IMG/VR virus record: IMGVR_UViG_3300035070_002843 | Coordinates: 1-52,345 of that record | From: a virus | Taxonomy: Duplodnaviria; Caudoviricetes | Length of the DNA: 52,345 nt | Direction: 5' to 3' (one strand) | Shown: positions 10,199-21,849 of the stretch, in pieces | How the letters are laid out: every line of letters begins with the position of its first letter | Numbering within the stretch: position 1 is the first letter of the stretch | Position numbers and translations under genes: made by a program | The notes under the pieces: model-generated | Seen by the model: the letters and a program-made list of their open reading frames with translations, nothing else | Database searches by the model: none | Told to the model about the DNA's origin: nothing

Positions 10199-11164
10199 TT
10201 AATTCCGAGTTATAATTACCAGGCCATGGCCGGAATTATATGCAGCAGTATTAGATTGGTTAGAGCCTGCATTATAGGATCCAGCCCCAAAAGTAGGAAA
10301 TGTATTGTTATACTGGTTAGCACTAACTACCCTACCGCCCGAATATCCACCGCCACCACCGCCTTCCCAACGAGTTCCGCCACCACCGCCAAAACCGCCA
10401 TCTCCTCCGCCAACGCCAGTATCGCCTGCACCACCAACACCACCGTTTGTAAAGGAAAGTCCCGGGGTTGAATTACCGGTTGTTGGATTGCCTCCATTAC
10501 CGGTGTAACCACCACCACCTGAGCCACGCGCACCCAGTCCGCCGAGTGTGCCGCCAGTGACGTTACTATTGTTTGATAATCCATCAGGAGCCTGAGTATT
10601 CCAGCTTCCCCAGCTTTCACCGTTGCCGCCACCCGCAGTAACTAATAAAACGGCGGTAGTTTGATTAAGAACATATGAGCCTCCTCCGCCGCCGCCTGCA
10701 TAATTGCCGCCGATCACGCCGCCGTTTAGACCTTTCTGGCCTACAAGAATACTTAAAACGTCGTTTTTGGTTAACGAAAAATCTCCAATCATTCTTGCAC
10801 CCTTTCCTGTTCTTATAGGTTTGCCTTGGCCAAGGCTAGCTTCACCTTGTCCTCCTTCAGCCCCGCGTGCTTCTATAGTATAGTTTGCGCTGTCTGGTAC
10901 CCTCCAATACATTATTCCACTTACAACATTGAAATATGTTGAATTCGATACCCACCCTGTATCGCCATTAATAACTAATCCTGCTTGTGCCTGAGCAAGA
11001 GTAGGGCCAAGTCTTCCAGATGCAGCATCTGGAGTAAATGATACTGAATTGATAGAATAAAGAGAATCACCAATCAATTGTGAAGCGATGATATCATATA
11101 CTCCTTGTTTTTCACTAAGATCACCTGGACCCACTAAGCCACCATTTTTGGTATAATACCCCAT
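10199..11164 (-). CDS. Glycine-rich adhesin-like protein (ALK/LTK-type glycine-rich domain)
   Basis: WRVP.S.NYTIEARGAEGG...GKGA.M.G.F.L...LSILVGQKG followed by GGGGGS and GGFGGGGG polyglycine segments. Confidence 0.7.
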   Translation of the reverse strand: MGYYTKNGGLVGPGDLSEKQGVYDIIASQLIGDSLYSINSVSFTPDAASGRLGPTLAQAQAGLVINGDTGWVSNSTYFNVVSGIMYWRVPDSANYTIEARGAEGGQGEASLGQGKPIRTGKGARMIGDFSLTKNDVLSILVGQKGLNGGVIGGNYAGGGGGGSYVLNQTTAVLLVTAGGGNGESWGSWNTQAPDGLSNNSNVTGGTLGGLGARGSGGGGYTGNGGNPTTGNSTPGLSFTNGGVGGAGDTGVGGGDGGFGGGGGTRWEGGGGGGYSGGRVVSANQYNNTFPTFGAGSYNAGSNQSNTAAYNSGHGLVIITRN

Positions 11165-11176
11165 ACTCTAAAATCC

Positions 11177-11539
11177 TTAAGAGATTATTTCATATGAACA
11201 CACAGCGCTTAAGTCACTGTTTGCACTGGCTTGGAGATAAATTGCATCGTTCTCTTCCAAGTAAACACTAGTATCTTTTGATATTACAACCAACGTTGCA
11301 TCTGCTGGAACACTAATCGTGTATGCAAGATAATATGCAGTTGCACCATTTTTATAGACATAAGCGGTAATATCAGCCGCATTAGTGCCATCAATGTTTG
11401 CAACTATGAGTGAATTTATTTTTAAAATTGTTCCTGAAGCCGCAGCATTAGAAACAATTGCTGTTGCTGATGTTGTTACGGCTTGGCCAGTTACCTTACC
11501 ATATACACCAGCAACACTTACTATATTTGGGTTTGCCAT
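11177..11539 (-). CDS. Small virion/tail-associated beta-rich protein
   Basis: MANPNIV...KINSLIVANIDGTNAADIT...YLEEND pattern familiar from phage fibre modules; AAGGA RBS. Confidence 0.6.
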   Translation of the reverse strand: MANPNIVSVAGVYGKVTGQAVTTSATAIVSNAAASGTILKINSLIVANIDGTNAADITAYVYKNGATAYYLAYTISVPADATLVVISKDTSVYLEENDAIYLQASANSDLSAVCSYEIIS

Positions 11540-11552
11540 TTAAATTTTCCTT

Positions 11553-11942
11553 TTAACCAAAAACCATTGCCATAGCAATTGCTACACCGATACCACCAGC
11601 AGGCCCCTCCGGCCCGGTAGGACCCGGATCACCACTGTCGCCTTTTAGCCCCTGCACACCTTGTATACCCTGAATGCCTTGGATACCTTGTATGCCCTGA
11701 GACCCCTGTGGGCCTGTAGTACTACCAGAAGCAACGACTGTATTACCGTCTGTGAGATATAAGGTCAAAACACCAGTTAGACTATTAACACCAGCACTAT
11801 CTACTGTTAATGAAGCTCCAGTAGGAATTCTCCAATAAGATCTATCAGAATCCCATTGGTATGTTACAGTTCCACCACCAGCACCCGTAATATCATACGT
11901 ATCATTGTGTGCAGGTGATGCTGGGAAATTAATTGCGGCCAT
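11553..11942 (-). CDS. Short collagen-repeat tail-fibre protein
   Basis: About 13 G-X-Y triplets ([12 protein letters not shown]...GPAG); N-terminal INFPASP...YQWD motif; C-terminal AIAMAMVFG. Confidence 0.75.
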   Translation of the reverse strand: MAAINFPASPAHNDTYDITGAGGGTVTYQWDSDRSYWRIPTGASLTVDSAGVNSLTGVLTLYLTDGNTVVASGSTTGPQGSQGIQGIQGIQGIQGVQGLKGDSGDPGPTGPEGPAGGIGVAIAMAMVFG

Positions 11943-14900
11943 TAACTATCTCCATCAATTGTTTTACTTGTAATTTCAAATCATCTATCTCTTTTGTATT
12001 AGATTTAACTGCTTCTATCAACACTCCAACCAACCCACCATAATTAACGGTCTTGGTTTGCATTTCATCATTAAGTGTTTTAGACGCTCTTGGTAATACC
12101 TTTTCAACCTGTTGGGCAATCAAGCCTAAATCAGGCTCACCATTCTTATCAAAGAACACACCTTCAAGTTGCTTAACAATATCTATTGCATTGCTAATTG
12201 GTTCAATATTCGTCTTAATTCTAGCGTCTGAAGTTGTATTAAAGTTTGCAGCAGTAACGTCACCAGTAAAGGTACCATCTACAGCAGAAATATTACCCGC
12301 AAAGGTACCGTTACTATCAACAATTAAATCACCAGTAATAATAACATCAGTGCCAGAGTCTCTTAAATTAGCCAGTGATGAACCACCACCACCGCCACCA
12401 CCACCAATTTGTACCCATTGACTGGTATCAGAATCGGTGTAGTAAATAAACAGTGTTGCACTGGTCTCATCAAACCATAAATCACCATCAGAAGCAGATC
12501 CGGGCGGATTTAAATCAGTAGTAACTGATGAACCAGCAGCAATTACAATGTCACCAGAACCTAATATGGAACTACCATTAATTGTTTTAATATTAGTGCC
12601 AGATACAAGTGTTGCTTGTTTACCCGCCAAAGCAGTTGTTACAGTGCCTGCAAAATTACTATCATCACCAAGAGCTGCAGCCAATTCATTTAGTGTGTCC
12701 AATGCAACTGGCGCACCATCAACCAGATTATTAATTGCAGTGGAAATCTGAGTATTAACATAGGCAGAATCCGTAAAATCTGCAGTCGTATATGTTATCT
12801 GCCGTGTCTGAACATATGTAGAATCAACCGTTGATGATATCAATCCAATTACGGTTGCGGAATCAGTGCCACCAGCAATTAATCCACCATTATAGAATAA
12901 TGTACCACCGACGGAATAAAGTTTATTGGTAGTAACATTTGGTGAAGAAGATGAATCAGCAAGTGTAACATTACCAAGGCTTAAATTACCAGATGTTTTA
13001 TCAAATGTAAACCTTGTAGTGCCATTATCAGTGATGATGAAACCCGTGGCGGCCGCTTCCAGCTCCAGTTCCATAGTGTTATTAACACCATTGTAGAACA
13101 TTACAACGTCATCTGAAGAACCAAATCTTAGATGCTCAATAGTAGCCGAACCATCGCCAAAGTCAATAACGCTGGGATAAATTGAACCACCACTTAAATT
13201 ACCATAGGAAAGAAAATTGGTGGCTGGGTTATAGTAAAGATTTGGATCTACACCTAACCCATAATTTCCCGTGGTATAGCCAGCAGCAAATGGAATATAG
13301 TAATTGGCGTTTGTACTAGTATTTGTTAACGTGACATTCGTAGCAACTAGAGCATTTGTAGCATTATCAACACTATCAACCAGACCGTTGACGTATGCTG
13401 AATTAATAACACCTTGAACCGTAGTGCTATCCAAATAGTTAGCGTCATTTACAAATGTGCTAACATTACTAGGTGTGTTGGTAAAGTTATTATAATCTAA
13501 ATGATAAGCACTATTCTGACCACCAAGTGTATCGGCATCAATTGTGAGTGCATTAATAAACGCAGCATCTACATCAGAGATAATGATTGAACTTGCAGTG
13601 GCAGAATCAATATAGTCATTACCAAATGACGGTATCGTCGGTGTGTTGGTAAAGTTGTTATAGTTTAGATAATAACTACCGTCTTGGCTATCCAATTTAA
13701 GCGCGTTAGTAGCATTACCAGTAAATGTGGAAGCAACTAAATTACTTGTTGATTTATTGAATGTATATCTTACAACACCGTTATCGGTAATAATGAAACT
13801 TTGAGCAGCTGCTTCAAGTTCTAGTTCAAAAGTATTGTCAGCACCAGTATAGTACAGTTTGGCATCCCGACTGTTACCAAAATTTACAGAGTTACTAGGG
13901 TCAGGACCAGACTTGTCACTTAAAACTATTTTATCAGGATATAAATTAGTTACATAACTGTTGGTAGAATAGTAAGTGGTTGCATATAATGTATTAGAGT
14001 AGGTGTCATAAGTTAGCAAGCCAACACTTAATCCATAATTTCCGGTGCCGTTTGAATCTGCAAACACAATGTGTTGGATATTAGCACCAAAATCGGATAA
14101 GTATGTTAGACCAACTTGTTCAGAAATTAATGCATTTGTTGCGTTATCAACACTATCAACTAAGCCGTTGACGTATGCTGAATTAATAACACCCGGTACA
14201 GTGGTACTATCCAAATAATTGGCATCGTTTACAAATGTAGTTACATTCGTAGGAACATTTGTAAAGTTATTATAATTTAAGTAATACGCGCCATTTTGGT
14301 TATTCAACAAGGCGGCGTTTGATGCGGTACCTGTTAATGCAGCGGTAATTGTACCAGCAGTAAAGTTACCACTTACGTCACGAGCAACGATTGCGGAACC
14401 AGTGTTAGCAGATGTTGCCGTTGTGGCAGCGTTCTGAACTTTACCTGCAGTACTTATTGTTGCAAGTTTTGTATCTTCAATTGCTGCGGCAGAATTAATA
14501 TCAGCATTAATAATTGAGTTAGCCGTAATTGCAGCGCTGAGTACCACATTACCAGTACCATCAAATGATATTGCAGAAGCGGTAACATCACCAGTAATAG
14601 AGAAGTTTCTACCTGAGCTCAAGGCTGAGGCAGTAGAAGCATTACCCGTCACATCGCCAGTTAGAGCACCCTCAAACCCTGAGGCCATCAAGATGCCTAA
14701 ACTTGAGTCTGTTACATTAATCACACCCGTTGGTGATGAGTCATATTCGTCAATAACTTTCCACTTTTCGTCAGAGACATCAAAGAAGAAACCCATGTGT
14801 GTATAACCCACACCTGAGGTGCCTGTGTTTCTATTTGTAAAGAAACCAGTATCAACATTTATTGGTGATGCAGTGCCTGACCATCTATCACCCGAATCGT

Positions 14901-17900
14901 GGCCGGTAGATGTACCGAAATCAACCGAAATATTATCAGCAGAGTGGATAAGTTGTGCTGAACCAGTAATGTTTTGTTTAGTTAGAACTGGTGATGTAAA
15001 TGCACTATCATTACCAAGTGCAACTTCAAATGTATCAACACCACCCGCACCAGTTCCTACACCATCAATACGAACATAGTAAGTCTGAGGTGCTAGGCCT
15101 GTGAAGTGACCTGCAAAAAATGCATCATCAAGACCAGTACCAGTAAAGACTGTTCCTGCCTCACCGATCGCGTCGCCTTCATTGAGACGATAGAATGGAG
15201 CACCTTGTGTCACATTCGCTTGACCGACAGTGGTTTGTGTTCCAAGAACCGTTAGGTTACCATCAACTTGTAGGTCTGTTCCAATATGTGCAGAGGTTCT
15301 TACACGGAATGAATTTACTGAGTGATTCTGTTGATTAACAAGCAAGATGCCCGTGTTAGAGTCACCAGTTTCAACAACCCAACCCAAACACATTGGATAG
15401 TTTGGATATGTTGGAGATGCGTTCTGAACCAGGCCAGGGCCAAGACCCACAAAGAAGTTTGTTCCGTTTGATAAACCTGTAGTATTGACTTCGGTTAACT
15501 GACCCGCAATGAGACAGTGCCCATAAGAATTATCCGGAATATCCTGTGCGGCGATACCTTGTGCGTTATATGCATTTACATCCGTTGCGTCAGCAAGGGC
15601 CACAGTTGGCACATTAATTACACCTGACGTATAATTACCAGAGAAGTAGAGTGGCTGACCTTTCCGAATCAACGCGCCAGTATCATTCCACACACGTTGG
15701 TGTTCCTGAATACCGAGCTCGTGGACCATACCAGTAATGTCATCATTATAGTTCAGTGTCTTATGCGCGTTATCATAATACAATAAACCTTCAGAGTATG
15801 GTTGATGTGAATCGAACCGAGTTGTATCGAACTGAACATTTAATAGTGATGCCGAATCTGCTTCAAGTTTACCTGAAACTTTAAGTCTATCTGAAATACG
15901 TAGATATTCAAAGTGTTCGGTAAATGGATCAACAAGGATTGAGCCGGTTGATGAATCGACCCTAATAACTTTACCAATATGGATGGGATAACCATCATCA
16001 ACGGTAACATTAGTGGTTGTAAACTTACCAGCAGAGTCTGCAGAAAGATAAACATCAGCACCAGCAATCAAACCACCAGTGTTTAGATCTCTTACAAGAC
16101 CAAAACGAGTGACGTAACCGTGAGCATTATCAACCATATCCATGGTTGCCATTGCGACAGTACCAGATACTGCAACATCAGCTTTGGCCTTTGTAATTTT
16201 CGGATGTTGCCCATGCGCAGTACCAGAGATATAAACAATGTCACCATTGCTGACCGTTCCACCCGTTTGGTTGTGTACATAAATTAAGGATTCTTGGCCA
16301 ATATTAATTGTAACTTCACTATTACCTTCATTGGTTGTGGGTGTGAAACTCAAGCCTTTCTGTGGGTCTGAGTCCCAATACAACGCACCAGATACGGATG
16401 AATATGTTCCAGGGGTTGCGTTAAAATTAATACCACCAACGTTGGCAGAATCAACCGTTACTTTGCCGAAAATAACATCACTTGTGCTGTCAACAGTCTG
16501 TCCGATTTCAACAGTACCATCTGTAATCGTCACACCCGTACCACCGGTAAAGTGAGCTCTTGTTTCAGTAGCGCTAGGGCCAGTATAGGTAAACACACCA
16601 GTGCCATTATTGTAAACAAGTGAACCATCACCACCAGCGTCGGTAGCACTTACCGAATTCTTTGCATCACTATCAGCACGTGCCGTAGTATAGTAAAGAT
16701 TATCACCTTCAGTCAATGTTGTTGTTGTATATGGATCAAGTGTAATTACATCACCAAATGAATTTCCATCAGCAGTTGAAACGGTAAATGTGCCCGTTGC
16801 AGAATCAAAGTTTGTACCAGTTACACCAGCAACAGTTACTGAACCTGCCGAATCCAATTGACCTTGTGCGTTAACGGTAAACACTGGAATTTCTGTTGAT
16901 GAACCATATGTCCCACCGGTAACACCAGTATTGGTAATGCTTAGTGTATTGGTGCCATCATTATAGGAAAGGCCCGTACCATCTAAAGCCGCTTCATCCA
17001 ATGCGACATTAAAGTCAGAATCAAAATTGGCCTTAGTATAAACCTGTTCAACATCAAATGTAAACTCACCAGTTGATGAATTATATGATAAATCACCACC
17101 AGCAGAGAAATATCCGCGTATTGTTTGTGTTGATTGACTAGTAGCTAATCTACCATCAAATGCACTATCTGCACGAGCAGTAGTATAGTAAAGATTATCA
17201 CCCTCAGCCAGTGTCGTTGTCGTGTATGGATCCAATGTTGCAACGGTAGTAAATGAATTACCATCAGCGGTATTGATCGTGAACTGCCCATTGGATGAAT
17301 CAAAGTTAAAATTAGTAACACCAGCCACCAATACTGTACCGATGGAATCGATTTGACCTCTATCGTTAACTGTAAAAACTGGGATCTGTGTTGATGAACC
17401 ATATGTTCCTGAGTCAACACCGGTGGCGGTAATGCTTAATTTATTAGTATTATTATCATAGGATAAACCATCGCCATTGATTGCTGCGTCATCAAGTGCA
17501 GAGTTAAAATCAGAATCAAAGTTTGATTTTGTATAAACTTGCTCAACATCAAATGAGAATATACCAGAACCTTCATCATAAGTAAGATCACCTTCGGCCG
17601 AAAAATAACCACGAACAGTAGCTACTGTTGTTAAATCACCAAGATCATTATCAAACCTAGCACGAGTATAATAGAGATTATCACCTGCACCTTCGGTAAG
17701 ATCATCGGTCGTTTTAGTAGCTAATCTAGTATCAAATGCAGAATCTGCTCTTGCGGTGCTATAATAAAGATTACTACCTTCAGCCAAATCACTCGTTGTA
17801 TTGCCATCCAAATTAAATGGGGCTGGATTACCTAATGAATCCTTTACAGCAAATGATCCACCTTGATCTTGTAAGCTAATACCACCCAAATAAATTGTAG

Positions 17901-18426
17901 AGCCACTTAGATAAAGGCTTTTCCATTTTAAGCTTGGTGTGCCCAGATCATAGGCACTATCGGTTAAAGGTATTAAATTTGAACCAATTCTGGTTAAGTA
18001 ATACGCAGATAACTCTGAACTATCAATGTTTAGTGTATTCGTTGCATTATCATATGTAAGCCCACTGCCACCAATAGCGGCTTCATCCAATGCAATATTA
18101 AAGTCTGAATCAAAATTTGACTTGGTATAAATCTGTTCAACATCAAATGAGAATGTACCAGTGGCTGAATCATAATTTAAATCACCACCACCACTGAATA
18201 ACGATCTTATGGCCTGACGAGGGACGGTGTCAGAAAAACCAAGGACTATAAAATTACTAGTAGCTGAATCATAAACTAAAATATCACCTTCGGATTTACC
18301 AGTGGTACTAACACCCGCAACACCTGTATTAATATTTACAGAAGCTGTAATTCTTTTAACTGCTGGTACACCAACTGTAACTCGTTTTACTATTGTATTG
18401 CCAGAGGATACTATTTTTGTAGCCAT
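11929..18426 (-). CDS. Long tail fibre/spike with C-terminal intramolecular chaperone (peptidase S74) domain, 2165 aa
   Basis: C-terminal [15 protein letters not shown]...V..L.GV.F...G.IAQ.VE followed by coiled coil; [21 protein letters not shown] fibre motif; repeated EG.NLYY.TARADS units. Confidence 0.85.
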   Translation of the reverse strand: MATKIVSSGNTIVKRVTVGVPAVKRITASVNINTGVAGVSTTGKSEGDILVYDSATSNFIVLGFSDTVPRQAIRSLFSGGGDLNYDSATGTFSFDVEQIYTKSNFDSDFNIALDEAAIGGSGLTYDNATNTLNIDSSELSAYYLTRIGSNLIPLTDSAYDLGTPSLKWKSLYLSGSTIYLGGISLQDQGGSFAVKDSLGNPAPFNLDGNTTSDLAEGSNLYYSTARADSAFDTRLATKTTDDLTEGAGDNLYYTRARFDNDLGDLTTVATVRGYFSAEGDLTYDEGSGIFSFDVEQVYTKSNFDSDFNSALDDAAINGDGLSYDNNTNKLSITATGVDSGTYGSSTQIPVFTVNDRGQIDSIGTVLVAGVTNFNFDSSNGQFTINTADGNSFTTVATLDPYTTTTLAEGDNLYYTTARADSAFDGRLATSQSTQTIRGYFSAGGDLSYNSSTGEFTFDVEQVYTKANFDSDFNVALDEAALDGTGLSYNDGTNTLSITNTGVTGGTYGSSTEIPVFTVNAQGQLDSAGSVTVAGVTGTNFDSATGTFTVSTADGNSFGDVITLDPYTTTTLTEGDNLYYTTARADSDAKNSVSATDAGGDGSLVYNNGTGVFTYTGPSATETRAHFTGGTGVTITDGTVEIGQTVDSTSDVIFGKVTVDSANVGGINFNATPGTYSSVSGALYWDSDPQKGLSFTPTTNEGNSEVTINIGQESLIYVHNQTGGTVSNGDIVYISGTAHGQHPKITKAKADVAVSGTVAMATMDMVDNAHGYVTRFGLVRDLNTGGLIAGADVYLSADSAGKFTTTNVTVDDGYPIHIGKVIRVDSSTGSILVDPFTEHFEYLRISDRLKVSGKLEADSASLLNVQFDTTRFDSHQPYSEGLLYYDNAHKTLNYNDDITGMVHELGIQEHQRVWNDTGALIRKGQPLYFSGNYTSGVINVPTVALADATDVNAYNAQGIAAQDIPDNSYGHCLIAGQLTEVNTTGLSNGTNFFVGLGPGLVQNASPTYPNYPMCLGWVVETGDSNTGILLVNQQNHSVNSFRVRTSAHIGTDLQVDGNLTVLGTQTTVGQANVTQGAPFYRLNEGDAIGEAGTVFTGTGLDDAFFAGHFTGLAPQTYYVRIDGVGTGAGGVDTFEVALGNDSAFTSPVLTKQNITGSAQLIHSADNISVDFGTSTGHDSGDRWSGTASPINVDTGFFTNRNTGTSGVGYTHMGFFFDVSDEKWKVIDEYDSSPTGVINVTDSSLGILMASGFEGALTGDVTGNASTASALSSGRNFSITGDVTASAISFDGTGNVVLSAAITANSIINADINSAAAIEDTKLATISTAGKVQNAATTATSANTGSAIVARDVSGNFTAGTITAALTGTASNAALLNNQNGAYYLNYNNFTNVPTNVTTFVNDANYLDSTTVPGVINSAYVNGLVDSVDNATNALISEQVGLTYLSDFGANIQHIVFADSNGTGNYGLSVGLLTYDTYSNTLYATTYYSTNSYVTNLYPDKIVLSDKSGPDPSNSVNFGNSRDAKLYYTGADNTFELELEAAAQSFIITDNGVVRYTFNKSTSNLVASTFTGNATNALKLDSQDGSYYLNYNNFTNTPTIPSFGNDYIDSATASSIIISDVDAAFINALTIDADTLGGQNSAYHLDYNNFTNTPSNVSTFVNDANYLDSTTVQGVINSAYVNGLVDSVDNATNALVATNVTLTNTSTNANYYIPFAAGYTTGNYGLGVDPNLYYNPATNFLSYGNLSGGSIYPSVIDFGDGSATIEHLRFGSSDDVVMFYNGVNNTMELELEAAATGFIITDNGTTRFTFDKTSGNLSLGNVTLADSSSSPNVTTNKLYSVGGTLFYNGGLIAGGTDSATVIGLISSTVDSTYVQTRQITYTTADFTDSAYVNTQISTAINNLVDGAPVALDTLNELAAALGDDSNFAGTVTTALAGKQATLVSGTNIKTINGSSILGSGDIVIAAGSSVTTDLNPPGSASDGDLWFDETSATLFIYYTDSDTSQWVQIGGGGGGGGSSLANLRDSGTDVIITGDLIVDSNGTFAGNISAVDGTFTGDVTAANFNTTSDARIKTNIEPISNAIDIVKQLEGVFFDKNGEPDLGLIAQQVEKVLPRASKTLNDEMQTKTVNYGGLVGVLIEAVKSNTKEIDDLKLQVKQLMEIVNGRN

Positions 18427-18433
18427 TTATTAA

Positions 18434-18787
18434 TTACCTTGTGACGGATGGTGTGACTTGGATGCGACCTTCTAGAATTCTTTCTACAATTGTATCGCCA
18501 CTACTATCAAGATATGATAGTTCAACATCATATACATATCTCCCAGCCTTTAATACATCCGTCTGAGTATTTGTCAACGATAGTGAAACCATACCATCAG
18601 TAGGGTCTGTGCTGATGCCTGTAGTAAACGACACTGTATCTGAAGAATCACTATTATAGTTCTTCTTCATCTTAGCCGTAACATTATGATTGGTTAAATC
18701 CTTTGTTGCGCCTGATGTGTTTAATAGGTGCAACTCTATCGTGACGTCAGTACCCTGATCGATACTGAACTCTTCATAGGTGGCCAT
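18434..18787 (-). CDS. Conserved virion structural protein (BppU N-terminal/Ig-like fold)
   Basis: IDQG.D...DLT...AKMKK...L.LT..QT..L.AGRYVYDVE...RILEG.I.VTP motif. Confidence 0.7.
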   Translation of the reverse strand: MATYEEFSIDQGTDVTIELHLLNTSGATKDLTNHNVTAKMKKNYNSDSSDTVSFTTGISTDPTDGMVSLSLTNTQTDVLKAGRYVYDVELSYLDSSGDTIVERILEGRIQVTPSVTR

Positions 18788-18841
18788 GAAATACTCCCTG
18801 TAATTTCCTTGTCGGACGCAACATCACGTCCCTGCCCAAAC

Positions 18842-18849
18842 TATTTATA
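18842..18849 (-). promoter_or_regulatory. Late promoter TATAAATA for the fibre operon
   Basis: Exact consensus in the intergenic region upstream of 18787. Confidence 0.8.
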
Positions 18850-18861
18850 CATTAAATGAGT

Positions 18862-19425
18862 TTAGAACCCTATTATCATAAATCGTCTATAATTAGTTGT
18901 TTGCAACTCCATGGACTCAATAATATTTAAATTTAAGGAGTCTTCAAACTCTTTTAATGAGTTTTTACAATTCGTGTGACCCTGAATACCATAATAGTCA
19001 TTGCTTTGTACTATGGTTAGTTGTTTACGAGTTCTTTTATCTAAAAACTTATTTAATTCAATATCGTTGATATGTTCACACGCAGTACAAATAACTTGTT
19101 TATATAAATTTGGATCAATATCGCTCATTCGTCGAGTACTGTGTTTTAACCGTGGGTATAATTGCTGACCAATTTTCTTACATTTTGGATCCATATCACA
19201 TATAGTAATATCGTCACACATATCATTGCTGATTAGCATATCACCTAAAAATCCATACCAACCACCAACAATAACGGTAGGAGTATTAGTAATATATTTA
19301 AAGCAACTTTCAATCAACCATTCTTTACTAAAAACTTGATTCTGATTAACAGAGTTAATAATATCTTTGATGAGTGTAATATCATCACAGCAATTAATTA
19401 CATCTAATATGTTTTTATAGTTCAT
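18862..19425 (-). CDS. Putative class I SAM-dependent methyltransferase-like protein
   Basis: VIVGGWYG motif I-like loop, acidic DMD after the next strand, ICTACEH and QSNDY motifs. Confidence 0.6.
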   Translation of the reverse strand: MNYKNILDVINCCDDITLIKDIINSVNQNQVFSKEWLIESCFKYITNTPTVIVGGWYGFLGDMLISNDMCDDITICDMDPKCKKIGQQLYPRLKHSTRRMSDIDPNLYKQVICTACEHINDIELNKFLDKRTRKQLTIVQSNDYYGIQGHTNCKNSLKEFEDSLNLNIIESMELQTTNYRRFMIIGF

Positions 19426-19438
19426 ATAGATATTTATT
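19425..19438. promoter_or_regulatory. Overlapping divergent late-promoter variants (TATAGATA plus strand 19425-19432; AATAAATA minus strand 19431-19438)
   Basis: Each is one mismatch from TATAAATA and lies 5-6 nt before its ATG, in a 13-bp gap between divergent genes. Confidence 0.6.
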
Positions 19439-20323
19439 ATGAAAAGAATTATCTTTAGTCTGTATATTGATATTGATAAGTCAGAGTTGGATTATCAAGC
19501 ACCCTATGCTTGGGATACTGAACAGTTGCCTAAGACGGAAAAAACCAAGCTGTTGTTCCAAGAGTATTATCCCTGGCTTAAAGAGCGGCACATTGATTAT
19601 GCACGAGCTCTTGGTGTTGACTATACTCTATATGAGAATGATGAGAAGTGGTATGAGTTTAAAAAGTATTTTAACAAAACATATCCACAGGTTACTGCCT
19701 ACAATGTCGTTAACTTTTATAAAATACATTTACTCTATGAGTTGAGTAAAGAATACGACGAAGTACTTTATCTAGACTTTGATGTAGTACCATTAAACAA
19801 TGATAATTTCTTTGAAACTTGGGATTTACAGAACAATGGCATTGCTATACTGCAAAACAACTCCCACGTCTTATATCGGTATCACGAAGTCACGGATGCT
19901 GTACACGTATCATCAATTCGTTCACCAACGGCAAAGTATTGGAACTGTAAAGCAATGCTCATCGAGAGTAATATGTCCGGCGATAATGATGTGTTTAACA
20001 CAGGTATTATTGGTGCTGCGGCAAGGGATATTAAAAAATTAGATTATTGGAGTGACTTCGATAAAACCATAGCACTAATGGACACACTGCAGAGTGATGT
20101 TGATATGTGGCCAAAAGAAATACGTCTCATGTTTGGTTATGATAACGAAACTATTTGGGGCTATAAAGTTAAAATGAATGATGTAAAGATCCAATGGTTA
20201 GATGAAAAGTGGCACCATTTCTTAGACCGATGGGATTATATTAAACCCGGTTGCACATTGTGCCACGTGATTAATAAAAAGTTTAAATATGTCAGGAACT
20301 GGTATGAGAAGAATAGTTTATAG
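19439..20323 (+). CDS. GT-A fold glycosyltransferase-like protein
   Basis: YKI.LL..L...YDEVLYLDFDVV (DxD motif), FNTGIIG, DNETI, W.H...HVINK. Confidence 0.75.
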   Translation: MKRIIFSLYIDIDKSELDYQAPYAWDTEQLPKTEKTKLLFQEYYPWLKERHIDYARALGVDYTLYENDEKWYEFKKYFNKTYPQVTAYNVVNFYKIHLLYELSKEYDEVLYLDFDVVPLNNDNFFETWDLQNNGIAILQNNSHVLYRYHEVTDAVHVSSIRSPTAKYWNCKAMLIESNMSGDNDVFNTGIIGAAARDIKKLDYWSDFDKTIALMDTLQSDVDMWPKEIRLMFGYDNETIWGYKVKMNDVKIQWLDEKWHHFLDRWDYIKPGCTLCHVINKKFKYVRNWYEKNSL

Positions 20324-21077
20324 TACATTTACTGAGAACTTAGATCCAGGGCACTCGTCGTCTTCTGACTATAAACTAAGCCAATTCAAAAAATATAAAA
20401 CACAATTAGAAAAGGCACAAAGAGATTACGCTACTAGTTGTGGCGCAACCTATGTACTATTTAAAACCACAACAACGGCCTATGATGAAATACAATTTAA
20501 CAAGTTATTTTTATTAGAGGAACTTGCCAATGATTATGATGAGGTTCTGTATTTGGATTTCGACGTTGTGCCGGCTACGAAACTAAATTTCTTTGATGTA
20601 TGGAACTTAAATTCTATATGCGCTTATAATATAGAGCAAAATATAGATAGAAATGCACTGATTGGCGCGTTAAACCACGATGGCTTTGACGCAATGAATA
20701 TGTACAGTAAAACTTGTGCAAAGAATGCCATGTTAGAACTAGACGGCCTATCCGGTTCTAAAGGTGTTATTAATACTGGAGTCATTGGTGGTAATAGAGA
20801 ATCAATCTCTAAATTAAATTTCATTAATCGTCTTAATAAGATTAAAGATATTCTTCAAGAAGCTATTATAGATAATCTATACCCAGAGGAAATACACAAA
20901 CACTGGAGAGATAATAATGAGATTTTTATTACATATCTTATCGAAAGATATGGTGTTCCATTTACTAATATTGGTCTGCCTTGGAACTTTTTATTAGATC
21001 ACAACCACCCGAATATATCTGCCGGTTGTCACTTCCTACATCATGTCAATAAGGAATTTGGCAAGTCATTTGAATAA
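20304..21077 (+). CDS. GT-A fold glycosyltransferase-like protein, paralogue of the upstream gene (start revised to MRRIVYS)
   Basis: Shares YDEVLYLDFDVVP, NTG.IG, NE and H.NK.F motifs; AGGA upstream of ATG 20304. Confidence 0.75.
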   Translation: MRRIVYSTFTENLDPGHSSSSDYKLSQFKKYKTQLEKAQRDYATSCGATYVLFKTTTTAYDEIQFNKLFLLEELANDYDEVLYLDFDVVPATKLNFFDVWNLNSICAYNIEQNIDRNALIGALNHDGFDAMNMYSKTCAKNAMLELDGLSGSKGVINTGVIGGNRESISKLNFINRLNKIKDILQEAIIDNLYPEEIHKHWRDNNEIFITYLIERYGVPFTNIGLPWNFLLDHNHPNISAGCHFLHHVNKEFGKSFE

Positions 21078-21121
21078 CACTAAAGTGTATTATAAACTAT
21101 CTGCCTTACAATAAAATTACA

Positions 21122-21283
21122 ATGAATAAATCTCATATCATTTGGGGGATGTCCGGAAAGGGTCATGATGCATCCATAGTTGTGTTTGAAAACTATTGTG
21201 CTGTCTTTGCAAGTTATACATGCGGCGTTGAACACGATCCAATTATAATTGAAAAATTAAAACATGACTATGGTGATAAATGA
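21122..21283 (+). pseudogene. 53-aa ORF resembling the N-terminus of a NodU/CmcH-family carbamoyltransferase (likely truncated remnant)
   Basis: Translates MNKSHIIWGMSGKGHDASIVVFENYCAVFAS..., matching the family's opening I.G....HD.S..... pattern. Its stop overlaps the next ATG (ATGA). Confidence 0.6.
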
Positions 21284-21849
21284 TTAGAGTTATCTGTGTT
21301 CGTACTGGTGACAAATATTCTCAGTGGTATGAGGACAATTTAAAGCATATGATTGACAAATACTCTGGCTTGGAGTATGACTCATTTAAAGTAATTCGTG
21401 ATAATGAATACGAGTTACAAGTGTTTAATAAACTTCAGATGTTTGATAGATATCGTGATGGTACTAACATTTACTTTGACCTTGATGTGTTGATTAAAGG
21501 TGATTGTAATAAGTTTCTAAGAGATGAATTAACTGTGTGTAGCGCATGGTGGAGAGAAGCCTGGCACACACCACTGAACTCATCAATCATATCTTGGACT
21601 GGTGATAGGTCTGACGTATATGATGAGTTTGCTTCTGATCCTGAGTATTATATGTTTAAATACGCTCTTGGTATGGATCAATATCTTTATGAAAGAAAAA
21701 CCCCCAGTACTTTCGTAGAGGGGTTCTGTTCATTTCAAACTATGACTGAAGAAGCCGAAGAGTTTGATGTATATCTATTTAATCAACGATATGAATATAT
21801 GGCACAACCTGGGTGGTGGTTGGATTATTTCTTATCTAATTCTTGTTGA
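21280..21849 (+). CDS. Small GT-A glycosyltransferase-like protein
   Basis: VICV..G.KY...Y..NL..M, NKL.MF, IYFDLDV (DxD), NSS.I.W, G.DQYL. Confidence 0.7.
   Translation: MIRVICVRTGDKYSQWYEDNLKHMIDKYSGLEYDSFKVIRDNEYELQVFNKLQMFDRYRDGTNIYFDLDVLIKGDCNKFLRDELTVCSAWWREAWHTPLNSSIISWTGDRSDVYDEFASDPEYYMFKYALGMDQYLYERKTPSTFVEGFCSFQTMTEEAEEFDVYLFNQRYEYMAQPGWWLDYFLSNSC

Noticed and set aside
18814-18831. Leader hairpin GGACGT-GATGTT-GCGTCC as a riboswitch or terminator
   Set aside because: Only a 6-bp stem, no U tract and no recognisable aptamer; at most an mRNA-stabilising hairpin.
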